Below, piece after piece: positions 10,940 through 21,344 of a DNA stretch of 64,000 nt. This DNA comes from Bacteroidota bacterium (GTDB taxonomy: Bacteria > Bacteroidota > Bacteroidia > Chitinophagales > Chitinophagaceae). The DNA is taken from contig JAFDXG010000108.1 in the NCBI GenBank assembly GCA_018268105.1, positions 6,619 to 70,618 on the forward strand, given 5' to 3'. The notes below the pieces were generated by a model, which saw only the letters and a program-made list of their open reading frames with translations, had not been told where the DNA came from and ran no database searches. The first letter of the stretch is position 1. Every line of letters starts with the position of its first letter. A program made the position numbers and the translations under genes.

Positions 10940-12061
10940 TTACAGGCTTTCGCCCCAAGCAATCAGCTTGCTGACTTCCTGCGGAATATTATTTATTTTT
11001 TCATCTCTTTTCTCCCCCAAGCGCACAATTATCATATTCTTTTTGGGAATACAAATAATATATTGTCCTAGTATACCCCTGGCATAAAATATATCGGGCT
11101 TGCCAGGTATAATCCACCACTGGTAACCATAATAATCACAGGGTTTCCCTGATTCATCTTTTATCATATTGGGCGAAATGGACGCACCGAAATAACTGCT
11201 GTCAATGACAGCTATGCCATTTATTTTTCCACTGTCAAGCATTAACTGACCAAATCTTGCAAAATCCCTGGCATTGGAATTGAAACAACAATATGCTTTT
11301 TCATTTCCACCCGGATGGTCAATACTCCACAGGGCAGAATATTCAGCACCAAGAGGTTTCCAGAATTTTTCAGAAGCATACTGGCTTAATGTCTTACCGG
11401 TTGCTTTTTCCACTATTAAACCTAACAATTGAGTGTCGCCGCTTTTGTAGCGGTGCAATGTGCCAGGCGACGTTACAATATTTACAGATGTTGCGGTTTT
11501 GCGTGCATCATTGCCATAATATAATTCTGTAGTAACAGATAAGGGATTGGCATAACTCTCATCCCAATCGCTGCCACTGCTCATGGTGAGGAGATCAGCA
11601 ATTTTAACTTTAGCTTTTTCACCCTCAGCAAATTCGGGAAGGTATTTTGCCACAGGATCGTTTACTGAACCAATTTTTCCCTCATGTATTGCTGCGCCAA
11701 TAAGCAGGCTGGAGATACTTTTGGCCATAGAAAAGGAGCCCGACAACGAACTGTCGCTATAACCCTGCCAGTATTTTTCTACTAATATTTTTCTGTTCTG
11801 TATCACAAGCAGGGCTACAGATTGCAAACCGGCAAGATACTGATCAAGTTCATCAGGAATCTTTATTTTTCCATATTGTGCAGATAATTCCCAGGGTTTT
11901 GCATTTCCTGCCGAAATTGTATCATTGTTAAATATCGTGTAGTCGTCTATGTTAGCAAAATTGTAATAGATAGCTTTATAAATATATTGCTTACCGGTAA
12001 GCATTGGGATAACAAGTAACACAACTATGATTATTAAAAAGATATTCGCAGCTCTTTTCAT
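10940..12061 (-). CDS. Serine hydrolase of the beta-lactamase (class C-like) family
   Basis: 373 aa with an N-terminal membrane anchor or signal sequence and an S-x-x-K motif (SMAKS). The overall pattern resembles beta-lactamase-related esterases. Confidence 0.8.
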   Translation of the reverse strand: MKRAANIFLIIIVVLLVIPMLTGKQYIYKAIYYNFANIDDYTIFNNDTISAGNAKPWELSAQYGKIKIPDELDQYLAGLQSVALLVIQNRKILVEKYWQGYSDSSLSGSFSMAKSISSLLIGAAIHEGKIGSVNDPVAKYLPEFAEGEKAKVKIADLLTMSSGSDWDESYANPLSVTTELYYGNDARKTATSVNIVTSPGTLHRYKSGDTQLLGLIVEKATGKTLSQYASEKFWKPLGAEYSALWSIDHPGGNEKAYCCFNSNARDFARFGQLMLDSGKINGIAVIDSSYFGASISPNMIKDESGKPCDYYGYQWWIIPGKPDIFYARGILGQYIICIPKKNMIIVRLGEKRDEKINNIPQEVSKLIAWGESL

Positions 12062-12193
12062 TTGAAAACTTTAATAGTTTTTTAAAATACGGGCAGCATA
12101 ACGATAAAGAATAAATGAAGGAGGTTAAACCTGTATTGAAATCATATATCTTTATCACTCGTGTTATTTACTAAGATAAAATAATTTACTTGT

Positions 12194-13153
12194 ATGAAAA
12201 TTGTAATTCTTGACGGATATACCATTAATCCCGGCGACCTCGACTGGAAAGGGCTGGAAGCAATAGGGGAACTTTCGGTATATGATAGGACACCCGTAGA
12301 AGAAGTGGCGGAAAGATGCCGGGAAGCACATTTTGTACTTACCAATAAAACAAAAGTGAATGGCGAAGCTATCAGGCAACTCCCGGAATTAAAATATATT
12401 GGGGAACTGGCGACAGGCTACGACAATATTGATATCAAAGAAGCCGCACTCCGGAACATACCGGTGTGCAATGTACCGGGCTATAGTACAATGTCGGTAG
12501 CTCAGCTCACCTGGGCACTGATTCTTGAAATGGTATGTAAAGTCAGTCAGCGTTCTGCCGTAGTACATGAGGGGGCATGGATTAAAAGTAAAGATTTTTG
12601 TTTTGGTCATGTGGGGCTTTTTGAATTGCAGGGCAAAAAATTAGGTCTTATCGGGTTAGGACAAATAGGGGGGGCTGTGGCAAAAATTGCACAGGCTTTT
12701 GGAATGGAAGTTATTGCTAATGTTCGAAATCCGGCTAAACATGATATACCCGGAATACGCATTGTAAACCGTGAAGAATGTTTTGCGGAAGCGGATATAG
12801 TGAGTCTTCATTCTCCACTTACGGAAAGTACAAAACAAATGGTAAACACAGGTCTATTGTCTACTATGAAAAAATCCGCAATTCTTATTAATACAGCCCG
12901 CGGCGCTTTAATCAATGAAAAAGACCTTGCCGATGCACTAAATAATGATATGATCGCCGGTGCGGCACTGGATGTATTATCTGCAGAACCTCCTGTAAAA
13001 GACAATCCTTTGTTTCAGGCAAAAAACTGCATCATCACCCCGCATATTGCCTGGGCCACCCTTGAAGCCCGGCAAAGACTATTGCAGGAATCAGTGGAGA
13101 ACATAAAAGCATTTCTTAATGGAAGTCCCAGAAATGTGGTGAATATTTTTTAG
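12194..13153 (+). CDS. D-isomer-specific 2-hydroxyacid dehydrogenase (glycerate dehydrogenase-like)
   Basis: 319 aa with the NAD-binding motif GLIGLGQIGGAVA and a C-terminal ITPHIAWAT catalytic-histidine context. Confidence 0.85.
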   Translation: MKIVILDGYTINPGDLDWKGLEAIGELSVYDRTPVEEVAERCREAHFVLTNKTKVNGEAIRQLPELKYIGELATGYDNIDIKEAALRNIPVCNVPGYSTMSVAQLTWALILEMVCKVSQRSAVVHEGAWIKSKDFCFGHVGLFELQGKKLGLIGLGQIGGAVAKIAQAFGMEVIANVRNPAKHDIPGIRIVNREECFAEADIVSLHSPLTESTKQMVNTGLLSTMKKSAILINTARGALINEKDLADALNNDMIAGAALDVLSAEPPVKDNPLFQAKNCIITPHIAWATLEARQRLLQESVENIKAFLNGSPRNVVNIF

Positions 13154-13202
13154 CATATATCTAAATGTTTTGGTTTTCATCATAACAAAAAGGTCCAAAC
13201 AT

Positions 13203-13997
13203 CTATCTTCCATCACCATCCAGCAGGTTGCCTAATCCGCCGAGTATACTGCCTTCCTCTTTTCTTTTGGTAGTAGCGTACGTGAGAATACGACTGGCAA
13301 GTCTGCTTATGGGTAGGGTTTGAATCCAAACTTTTCCCGGACCCTGCAGTGTGGCAAAAAATACACCTTCGCCACCAAACAGAGTATTGCGTATGCCCCC
13401 AACAAACTGGATATCATAATGTATATCTTTAGAATAACCAACCAGGCAACCCGTATCTATACGCAGCGTTTCACCCGGTAGTAATATTCTTTCAAACACA
13501 TGTCCGCCGGCATGTACAAAGGCCATTCCGTCTCCTTCGAGTTTTTCCATGATAAAACCTTCTCCACCGAAAAGACCGGTGCCCAGGCGACGCTGAAACT
13601 CTATACCAATACTTACACCACGTGCGGCACACAGGAAGGCATCTTTCTGACATACTACTTTTCCGCCCAGGGCATACAAATCGAGTGGAATAATTTTCCC
13701 GGGATATGGTGAAGCAAATGCCACTCTTTTTTTACCCTGACCTACATTGGTGAATGCAGTCATAAATAGACTTTCGCCGGTTAGCAACCGTTTACCGGCA
13801 CTAAACAGTTTATTCATAATGCCACCCCCTGATTTTTGGGAGCCATCTCCAAATATAGTTTGCATCTGAATGCCTTCATCCATCATCATAAATGCACCAC
13901 TTTCGGCCATAGCCGTTTCTCCAGGATCTAGTTCAATATCTACATACTGCATTTCTTCCCCGTAAATACGATAGTCAATGTCGTGCGCTGCTAACAT
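13203..13997 (-). CDS. TIGR00266 / AIM24 (DUF124) family protein
   Basis: The family pattern runs from MLAAHDIDYRIYGEEMQYVDIELDPGE onward. I chose the ATG at 13997, because the upstream extension to 14048 looks non-native. Confidence 0.7.
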   Translation of the reverse strand: MLAAHDIDYRIYGEEMQYVDIELDPGETAMAESGAFMMMDEGIQMQTIFGDGSQKSGGGIMNKLFSAGKRLLTGESLFMTAFTNVGQGKKRVAFASPYPGKIIPLDLYALGGKVVCQKDAFLCAARGVSIGIEFQRRLGTGLFGGEGFIMEKLEGDGMAFVHAGGHVFERILLPGETLRIDTGCLVGYSKDIHYDIQFVGGIRNTLFGGEGVFFATLQGPGKVWIQTLPISRLASRILTYATTKRKEEGSILGGLGNLLDGDGR

Positions 13998-14106
13998 ATT
14001 CTTTATGTTTTTAGATATAAAAATATTAGAATAATAGTAAATCAACATACCGTTTATAAAAGAATAATTTAATTATTTGGTTATTTTTATTTTTAAATTA
14101 CTAACT

Positions 14107-14589
14107 ATGGAAAATATGGCTTACCTGTTTACCGCAATTATCTTCCTTATAATTATTGTCCCCTTTGTTTTGTACCTCTTTACGCTTCAAAGAACACTTG
14201 AAGTTATTAATATAGAAAGCAGGAAAATGGCGCCCGGACAGGTTTGGTTATTATTCATTCCTATTTTTAATATTGTCTGGCAGTTTATAATGACAGGGCG
14301 AATTGCCGACTCCATTCGCGATGAATGTGTACGGCTGCAAATACCGCTTCCCGAAAGCAGACCAACTTTTGTGCTTGAGTTAATAATGACTTTTTTATAC
14401 ATTATTTCAATCCCATTGAATAATTTTTTTGCCTTACCCATGCTCGGTGGGTTTTGTTCTATAGCAGCATTGATTTGCTGGATAGTATATTGGGTAAAAG
14501 TGAACAGCTATAGAAAACTTATTCTTGCCAACCAGGATAATTTTCTTTTGGATGCAGAAAAAGAAACTTTACAAACTCCGTCTTCCTAA
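14107..14589 (+). CDS. Hypothetical multi-pass membrane protein (DUF4328-like motif)
   Basis: Three to four hydrophobic helices, with a LFIPIFNIVWQF motif that resembles DUF4328. The start is taken at ATG 14107. Confidence 0.45.
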   Translation: MENMAYLFTAIIFLIIIVPFVLYLFTLQRTLEVINIESRKMAPGQVWLLFIPIFNIVWQFIMTGRIADSIRDECVRLQIPLPESRPTFVLELIMTFLYIISIPLNNFFALPMLGGFCSIAALICWIVYWVKVNSYRKLILANQDNFLLDAEKETLQTPSS

Positions 14590-14731
14590 ATCTGTCACAG
14601 AGAGTGAAAATAGTTGCTCACAGATACCCCTGATTTATATAGAAAGTATATCTGAGACAATTCGCGTAATCTGTGAGAGAAAATAAAAATCCCATGCTCC
14701 TCTAAACAAATTATATTCGGATATAAAATAG

Positions 14732-15433
14732 ATGGTAATGGTAAAGAAGAAACTGGTTGTGCTCACTGGTGCAGGCATTAGTGCAGAAAGTGGATTGAAA
14801 ACCTTCAGGGATAGTGATGGTTTGTGGGAAGGCTACAATGTGGAAGAAGTAGCTACACCGGGGGCCTGGAGAAAAGACCCGAAACTGGTGCTTGACTTTT
14901 ATAATATGCGTAGAAAAGATGTACGCAATGCCCAACCCAATGTTGCTCACAAGGGGCTTGCTGAACTCGAAAAGGATTTTGATGTACATATCATCACACA
15001 GAATATAGATGACCTGCATGAACGTGCCGGCTCTTCAAAGGTGTTGCACCTGCATGGTGAAATATTTAAAATGCGCAGCGAAAAGAATGAGCATCTTGTA
15101 TACGATATTACGGATGATATACAGATTGGCGACAAGGGGGAAGATGGGGCTCAGTTGCGGCCGCATATTGTATGGTTTGAAGAAGCTGTACCAATGATAG
15201 AGCCAGCCGTACAAATAGCAGCTACAGCAGACATATTTGTTGTTATAGGCACATCACTGGCTGTGTACCCGGCTGCGGGATTACTCCATTATGCACCAAA
15301 AAATATTCCTAAATTCATTGTGGATAAAAAAATTCCTTACACGACTTCATTGCATAATATAGTGGCTATTGAAAAACCCGCAACAAAAGGAGTGGAGGAG
15401 CTTACCGGATTATTATCAAAATATTCTGACTAA
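14732..15433 (+). CDS. cobB: NAD-dependent protein deacylase of the Sir2 family
   Basis: 233 aa with GAGISAESG, QNIDDLHERAG and the catalytic histidine in HLHGE. The sequence contains no cysteine. Confidence 0.85.
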   Translation: MVMVKKKLVVLTGAGISAESGLKTFRDSDGLWEGYNVEEVATPGAWRKDPKLVLDFYNMRRKDVRNAQPNVAHKGLAELEKDFDVHIITQNIDDLHERAGSSKVLHLHGEIFKMRSEKNEHLVYDITDDIQIGDKGEDGAQLRPHIVWFEEAVPMIEPAVQIAATADIFVVIGTSLAVYPAAGLLHYAPKNIPKFIVDKKIPYTTSLHNIVAIEKPATKGVEELTGLLSKYSD

Positions 15434-15453
15434 TAATAAAGAGCAGAAAGTTT

Positions 15454-16428
15454 ATGGAAGAAATAATTAACTGCGCCGCATATTCAGAAGGACGACGGGT
15501 AATAAATATTGAATTAGAAAAAGCCGGCGAAATTTTGCAACAGTTAAACGGCTTTGTGTGGATTGGCCTATATTCTCCCAGGGAAGAAACCCTTCAACTG
15601 GTCCAAAAAGTATTTGGATTGCATGAGCTTGCCATTGAAGATGCACACAGGGCACACCAGCGCCCTAAGGTGGAGATATATGGTGATTCGGTTTTTATAG
15701 TGTTGCGCACAGCGCAGATCAATAAAGGAAATAGCATCGAGTTTGGGGAGACCCATTTTTTTCTTGGTAATAATTTTATCATTACTATTCGCCATGGGTC
15801 AACTATATCTTATGCAGATGTTCGTAACAGGTGCGAAAAAACACCACATCTCCTGGCCAAAGGACAGGGATTTGCCCTGTATGCCGTGATGGACTCCATA
15901 GTAGACCAATATTTTCCGGTGGTAAATATACTTGAAGAAGAACTGGACAAAGTAGAAAATAAAATTTTTAAGGAAAAACCCAGTCGCGAAACAACCGAGT
16001 ATATCTATCACCTCAAACACGAACTGCTGGAAGTTAAAAGAGCTGTATTTCCCTTAGTTGAAATTTGCAACCGTCTCATGCGTTTTGATTTTGATTATGT
16101 TGCTGAAGATACCCGACCTTACTTCCGCGATATTTACGACCATGCGATGCGCATTAATGAAATGGTGGACAATTCGCTGGAGTTATTGAATACAGCCCTC
16201 GATGCTAATTTTTCACTGATTTCCATCTCACAGAGCGACGTATCTAAAAAATTTGCAGGCTGGGCGGCAATCATTGCTGTGCCTACCATGGTAGCCGGCA
16301 TCTATGGAATGAATTTTACCATTATGCCTGAATTGCATTGGCAGTATGGATACCCGGTTGTACTCGCATCTACCGTTGTGCTGTGTATTGTACTTTACCT
16401 GCTTTTCCGAAAATCGGGATGGTTGTAA
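15454..16428 (+). CDS. corA: Magnesium/cobalt transporter CorA
   Basis: 324 aa with a YGMNF signature immediately before two C-terminal TM helices. Confidence 0.9.
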   Translation: MEEIINCAAYSEGRRVINIELEKAGEILQQLNGFVWIGLYSPREETLQLVQKVFGLHELAIEDAHRAHQRPKVEIYGDSVFIVLRTAQINKGNSIEFGETHFFLGNNFIITIRHGSTISYADVRNRCEKTPHLLAKGQGFALYAVMDSIVDQYFPVVNILEEELDKVENKIFKEKPSRETTEYIYHLKHELLEVKRAVFPLVEICNRLMRFDFDYVAEDTRPYFRDIYDHAMRINEMVDNSLELLNTALDANFSLISISQSDVSKKFAGWAAIIAVPTMVAGIYGMNFTIMPELHWQYGYPVVLASTVVLCIVLYLLFRKSGWL

Positions 16429-16464
16429 ATAATAAAACATAAACGATATATCCAAACTGCGTCA

Positions 16465-17763
16465 TTACCCCTTGCCCTTTTCTTCTTTGAATATTATACC
16501 TTCATTTTTCAGTTCTTTCAAAACCGGTTCATAGATCTCTGGTATTACAGGAATATGTAAACCGGATAATCCGATTTTTCCTTTTAATATCATTATTGTT
16601 GCAATACCAAGCGGCAGCCCTACTGTCTTTGCCATTGCAGTTTCAAGACTATTTTCCCCTTTTACAACCAGTGAACTCTTAACTTTCTTCTCTGCCTCAC
16701 CGGTTCTGTAACCTATTTCATGCATCATTATCACCATATCCCTGTCATTAGGCTGCAACATTAATTGCTGCTCTGCACAAATCTGCAGTATTTCTGCTGC
16801 TGTAAGGAGGCCTCTTCCTATAATTTCATTATCATATAATCCCAGAAAGGATAATAGTTTTTTTTGTTTTGAATCAGAATTATCAGTCAGCCTGTGATAA
16901 GCGAGGTGTTCTTTGAAAAAACCGGAATAGCTGAGTTTTGATGTATTATATTTTTTATCCTCGTCCGTAAGTTTCAGGTCAACTATTTTCTTCCATCCCA
17001 AACAATAATCCGGATGCCTTAAAGTAGTTCTTATAAATGTTTCACATTGTGCCAGGTCGTATAGTTTACTATAACTGATGGAATCCCTGTTTGGATACCA
17101 GGCATATCTGCCTTCACCGGTTACTTCAATGGTTCTGTTTTCGTTGAACAATAATTCGTATGGCATGTTAATTATCTCTCCGTCTTCTTTGTATACCGCA
17201 CCGGTTTTCCCGGCAAGAATAATATTTCTGGGGTTCCAGCTTATTTTATAATGCCAGGGGTTATTGTCACTTTCCGGAGCTACCAGTCCGCCGCAGTGTG
17301 AGTGAAAAGAATATATTTCACCACCATTGTTTTGTATACTGTGAATCATTTGCATTGCACTCATGTGGTCAATTCCAGGATCAAGCCCCATTTCACACAA
17401 AAATAAAAGCCCCTTTTGCTGTATAATTGGTGCAGATGCCCGGATATGAGGATCAATATAGGAAGCAGTAAGCAGGTGACGGCCGGCATCAATGCAGGAC
17501 TGTGCTACTAAAAAATGAAGAGCAGCGGGCAGCATGGAAATCACTACATCTGCCTGCCGGATCAAATAAATTCTGTTTTCCTCTTCGTTAATATTGATAT
17601 AGCTTGCGCTGGTATTTTTTGCGCCTTGTAGTTTGTTTTCCACAAGCTTCAGATCATTATCCGCAACGGTTAAATGCCAGTCATATTCAATACATTTTTT
17701 TTTCAGGTACTCAATTAGTATAGTGGAGGATTTTCCTGCCCCGAATAATAATATCTTTTTCAC
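16465..17763 (-). CDS. Saccharopine dehydrogenase family oxidoreductase
   Basis: 432 aa with an N-terminal Rossmann motif (ILLFGAGKSS) and the central and C-terminal saccharopine dehydrogenase pattern. Confidence 0.8.
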   Translation of the reverse strand: MKKILLFGAGKSSTILIEYLKKKCIEYDWHLTVADNDLKLVENKLQGAKNTSASYININEEENRIYLIRQADVVISMLPAALHFLVAQSCIDAGRHLLTASYIDPHIRASAPIIQQKGLLFLCEMGLDPGIDHMSAMQMIHSIQNNGGEIYSFHSHCGGLVAPESDNNPWHYKISWNPRNIILAGKTGAVYKEDGEIINMPYELLFNENRTIEVTGEGRYAWYPNRDSISYSKLYDLAQCETFIRTTLRHPDYCLGWKKIVDLKLTDEDKKYNTSKLSYSGFFKEHLAYHRLTDNSDSKQKKLLSFLGLYDNEIIGRGLLTAAEILQICAEQQLMLQPNDRDMVIMMHEIGYRTGEAEKKVKSSLVVKGENSLETAMAKTVGLPLGIATIMILKGKIGLSGLHIPVIPEIYEPVLKELKNEGIIFKEEKGKG

Positions 17764-18257
17764 CGGCTATAATTTTTATAAGGCAAAGTAAGTGATTTAT
17801 CGGAACGGAAAGGGAACCCTGAAGGTTTTGTAAGTTATTGCTGAGGTATAATATTCCACTATCTCCATGTATTGCATGTCGGCTTTGTAAGTTGTTTTAG
17901 ATGTCGTTAGTAGTTGTTTACACTCAGACTCAAAAAGTCTGTACGGGGCTGTTTCCTCATTCTTGATCTGGTTCCCACTGTTTAACCAAGTCTGCCTGTA
18001 CAATTGGGAGAAATCAGTAGAAGGTTATTTTTTTCTTCCAATGCTAAAATAGTCCCGAAATTTATTAAAAGTCTCCCCTAATCGTTATATCTTAGCGCCT
18101 CAAGACTAAAACAAAGCGTCATCCAAATCTTACTAACCGGGTGGTATAAATAGTACCTGTTTCTAATAACCCAATAACCGGGCAAAAGCCACTAACTGTC
18201 ACGACTTTCTATTTGAAATTCATTTTGTAATCATACTCTATCTGAAAAGCGTTTTGA

Positions 18258-19856
18258 ATGAAATTTACTCCTTATCTTTTAATTGCATCTGTTTTAGTAA
18301 GTCAATGTGTAACTTCTCAGGACTGGAAGACTTATCCCTACAAGCCTGCCGGAAGCAAAATTTCATTTCCCAAAGATGAAGGGTGGCACAGTGCTGAAGC
18401 CATTGAATGGTGGTATAATTCGGGGCACCTTAAGGGAGTTACTTCGGGTAAAACCTACAGTTATATGCTCACTTATTTTTATTACCCGGCAAGCGGTTTT
18501 GATGGTTTCAGAATATTGAATATAGAAGACGATGCTTCCGGAAAGTTTTATCAGGAATCAAGACCGGTTAAATATACCACCTTATCTACCACTCATCTTG
18601 ATATAGAAGCATCGGTATATGGCAGGGGAAAAGAAAGCTGGAGCAATAAGGTAGATGGGAATGGAAATTTAATACCTTTTGAATATGCAGTTGTAGCATC
18701 TTCGGCTATGGGCGGATTAAATTTGGATTATAAGAGCTTAAAGCGACCACTTCTACCCGGTGATGATGGTTATCTTGACCAGGGAGCCAATGACTATACG
18801 TATTATTATTCCCAAACCAGCAATGCTGTTACCGGAAAATTAACCCTCAACGGAATGACAGAAGATGTAACCGGAAACTGCTGGATTGACAGGCAATACG
18901 GGAATTTTAATCCACTAACCAGTGAAAAATATGAATGGTTTCAAATGCAGTTATCTAACGGAATGGATATAAACCTATGGAATATTTTCACTGCTCAAAA
19001 TGCTATTCCTGATAATGAGAAGTACCGGATCCTCGCTGCTTATGTTGACGAATCTACCCAATACACAATCAGTGATTTTAATATTGAGCGTTTATCATAC
19101 AACTGGATGGCAGACAGCACTATGTGCTATGCTTCAAAATGGAGACTCACTTCTGCAAAAAATAATCTTGACCTCACTATCACAACAAAAAATGATAATA
19201 GTGAAGTTACATTACCGTTTAGATTTTTTGAGGGATCAACCTCTGTATCAGGAACTATAAATGGACAGTCCGTTACCGGAGTTGGCTTTGCGGAATTGTT
19301 ACATTCGTATGAACAACCAAAACTCACAATCAACAATCCTGTGGGTGGAGTATTTAACCCTGGTTTACCCATTTCATGGCAATTGATGAATCCCGATGCC
19401 GGGCGACCGGTTACCTATAATATTGAATACAGGGTTAACAAATCTGCTTTTAAGCCAATTACAGAAGGAGTAAAGGATACTTTTTATGTATGGAACAATT
19501 CCTCCCTTTCTGAAGGTGATAGTATATGGTTTAAAATTACCGCTATGTCAATAGACGGAGAATTGAAGGGTACTGTAGTCAGTGCATCTCCTTCCACGGT
19601 AATTCCGGACAATGCTAACAGCTTAAACATAAAAGTGTTTCCAAATCCTGTGAGAGACTATTTTTATTTAAAACCTGGTTTACCTGCAAATAGCTCGCAA
19701 TGTAAAATCTTTGATAGCAAAGGCCGTGAGATACGGGTAATAACTGGCAGTTCAATTTCAAATAAGTTTGATGTGAGTTTTTTACAAACAGGTATATATT
19801 TTCTGCAAATAGATTCGCCGGAACGACGGGTTGTTTTGAAATTTTTAAAGAGGTAG
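18258..19856 (+). CDS. Secreted AttH/CrtC-like lipocalin-domain protein with a T9SS C-terminal sorting domain
   Basis: It has a signal peptide, the FPKDEGWH...EWWYNSGHL and WIDRQYGNF motifs typical of AttH / hydroxyneurosporene-synthase-like domains, and a C-terminal KVFPNPVRDYFYL...GIYFLQI Por secretion tail. Confidence 0.7.
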   Translation: MKFTPYLLIASVLVSQCVTSQDWKTYPYKPAGSKISFPKDEGWHSAEAIEWWYNSGHLKGVTSGKTYSYMLTYFYYPASGFDGFRILNIEDDASGKFYQESRPVKYTTLSTTHLDIEASVYGRGKESWSNKVDGNGNLIPFEYAVVASSAMGGLNLDYKSLKRPLLPGDDGYLDQGANDYTYYYSQTSNAVTGKLTLNGMTEDVTGNCWIDRQYGNFNPLTSEKYEWFQMQLSNGMDINLWNIFTAQNAIPDNEKYRILAAYVDESTQYTISDFNIERLSYNWMADSTMCYASKWRLTSAKNNLDLTITTKNDNSEVTLPFRFFEGSTSVSGTINGQSVTGVGFAELLHSYEQPKLTINNPVGGVFNPGLPISWQLMNPDAGRPVTYNIEYRVNKSAFKPITEGVKDTFYVWNNSSLSEGDSIWFKITAMSIDGELKGTVVSASPSTVIPDNANSLNIKVFPNPVRDYFYLKPGLPANSSQCKIFDSKGREIRVITGSSISNKFDVSFLQTGIYFLQIDSPERRVVLKFLKR

Positions 19857-20079
19857 CGTTTTATTCTGTAAATAAATTTCTTTGGCTATACACAACATCA
19901 ATACGACAAGACCTGCGCCAGGGGAGTATCAAGTAATATTAACGGTATCAAAGTATCTATTTAGTACTGCCAAATAGGTTTCGAAAACTTGTGGCGAGAC
20001 CCTTGCGCCTGTTACCTGAGTATTTTTAACTGACTTTATTTCTTTTAGTGCATGTGCTTGTACTGTTTAGATGCATTCA

Positions 20080-20106
20080 ATAAAAAGGCTTCCTGGAAAG
20101 GAAGCC
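20080..20106 (-). terminator. Rho-independent terminator candidate downstream of the AmpG-like gene
   Basis: The minus strand reads GGCTTCC-TTTCCA-GGAAGCC followed by TTTTTATT. The stem is a perfect 7 bp, about 130 nt after the stop at 20233. Confidence 0.55.
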
Positions 20107-20232
20107 AATTACGTTTTTATACGTAAACATGAGAAAACAAATTTTAGACAGTAGCCAATTCTCTTGTGAATAGTACTTGGGCAAAAAAAAGATTTCTTTT
20201 TATTTTGAAATTCATTTTGTATCCCTTTAATA

Positions 20233-21337
20233 TTATGCTACTGTCACCGGTATTAGTTTCTTATACTTCATACGTTTTAGAATAAGTAAAAAAATAATGG
20301 TGAATATTATTCCCAATAAGGCTTCGGCAAAAAGCATATACCTGCTTCCAAACCTGTCATGCGTCCAGCCATCGAAAGCGGTCATATACACTACCGGCAA
20401 ATTACCCAGGGAAGACAGTAAAGAATATTTTGTAGCTACATGTTTTTTGCCAATTACAAAAAAAAGCAGAGCCGTATATGCAGCATACATTAAACCCGTA
20501 GAAAACCCATAGATGAGTACTCCTGCAATATATACTACCCGCTGATATGGCATTGCGGCTATTAAAACAGTAACCATCGCACAAACAAAACCGGTACCTA
20601 AGTATGTATTCCATACCCCAAGACGATCAGCTATAAAACCTCCTGTTATACAACCCGCAGCACTTACGCTTCCACACAATATACCAGTAACCAGCACAAC
20701 AGTATTTGTATCAGTTTTCCAATCTTCTGCAATTGCAGACCATAGATTGGCCATTGCACCAGTACCAATTGGCATAATGATGAGAATCATGGCAAATAAT
20801 GCAAAGGGCAGTTTTATCATAGTTAAAATGTCTTTACCCATTATATGTAATTCCTGCATTATTTTTTTGTCTTTCTGATGTGGAATATCTTTTATGGTTA
20901 TTATGGTCATTGCAAATAATAAGGATGCCGCACACAATACTATACCAGTTGTTATAAGGTTGTAGTGCGTGGCAAGCCATATACCTGCTGCGCCACCCAG
21001 TCCCGTACCTGCAAGACTTCCAGCCTGGTACCATCCTGAAGCTTCTCCCTTTTTGTGTAAATGGAATGAAACAAAGTAATAGCAGCGAAGCAATGGTTAC
21101 CAATAAACTAAGCCAAAACCATTTATGCAAGCTTAGTGATAAATCTACTACCGGACCCCACACAAAGCGCCATAAATTAGCCGAAAGCCCTATTGCAACA
21201 ATACTCGCTGTTAACGCTACAGGAACCCCGTTTTTTGAAAGCAAAAAGGGTAATGCCACCGTTACAAAGCCCTGACTGATACCCATAGGTAATATGAGAA
21301 AAAACATGTAAAAAGGTTTGGTGTACTGCCCCTGCAT
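20233..21337 (-). pseudogene. AmpG-like MFS permease split by a frameshift
   Basis: Two overlapping minus-strand ORFs (20834..21337 and 20233..21093) read as one MFS protein. The N-terminal part runs to ...CFIPFTQKG and the C-terminal part resumes at GEASGWYQAGSLAGTGLGG. The frames switch at the CAAAAAGGG run (21047-21055). Confidence 0.6.
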
Positions 21338-21344
21338 GTGATAG

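Noticed and set aside
14732-15433. The Sir2-domain protein could be an anti-phage defence gene (Thoeris or DSR-like).
   Set aside because: It is a short single-domain CobB-type deacylase with all catalytic motifs. It has no partner TIR, SLOG or helicase-like gene, and it sits among housekeeping genes, directly upstream of corA.
17797-18003. A 68-aa minus-strand ORF lies in the 494-bp spacer upstream of the AttH-like gene and could be a transposase remnant.
   Set aside because: I could recognise no transposase or other family motif. Its composition looks non-coding, so I left the region as a spacer.
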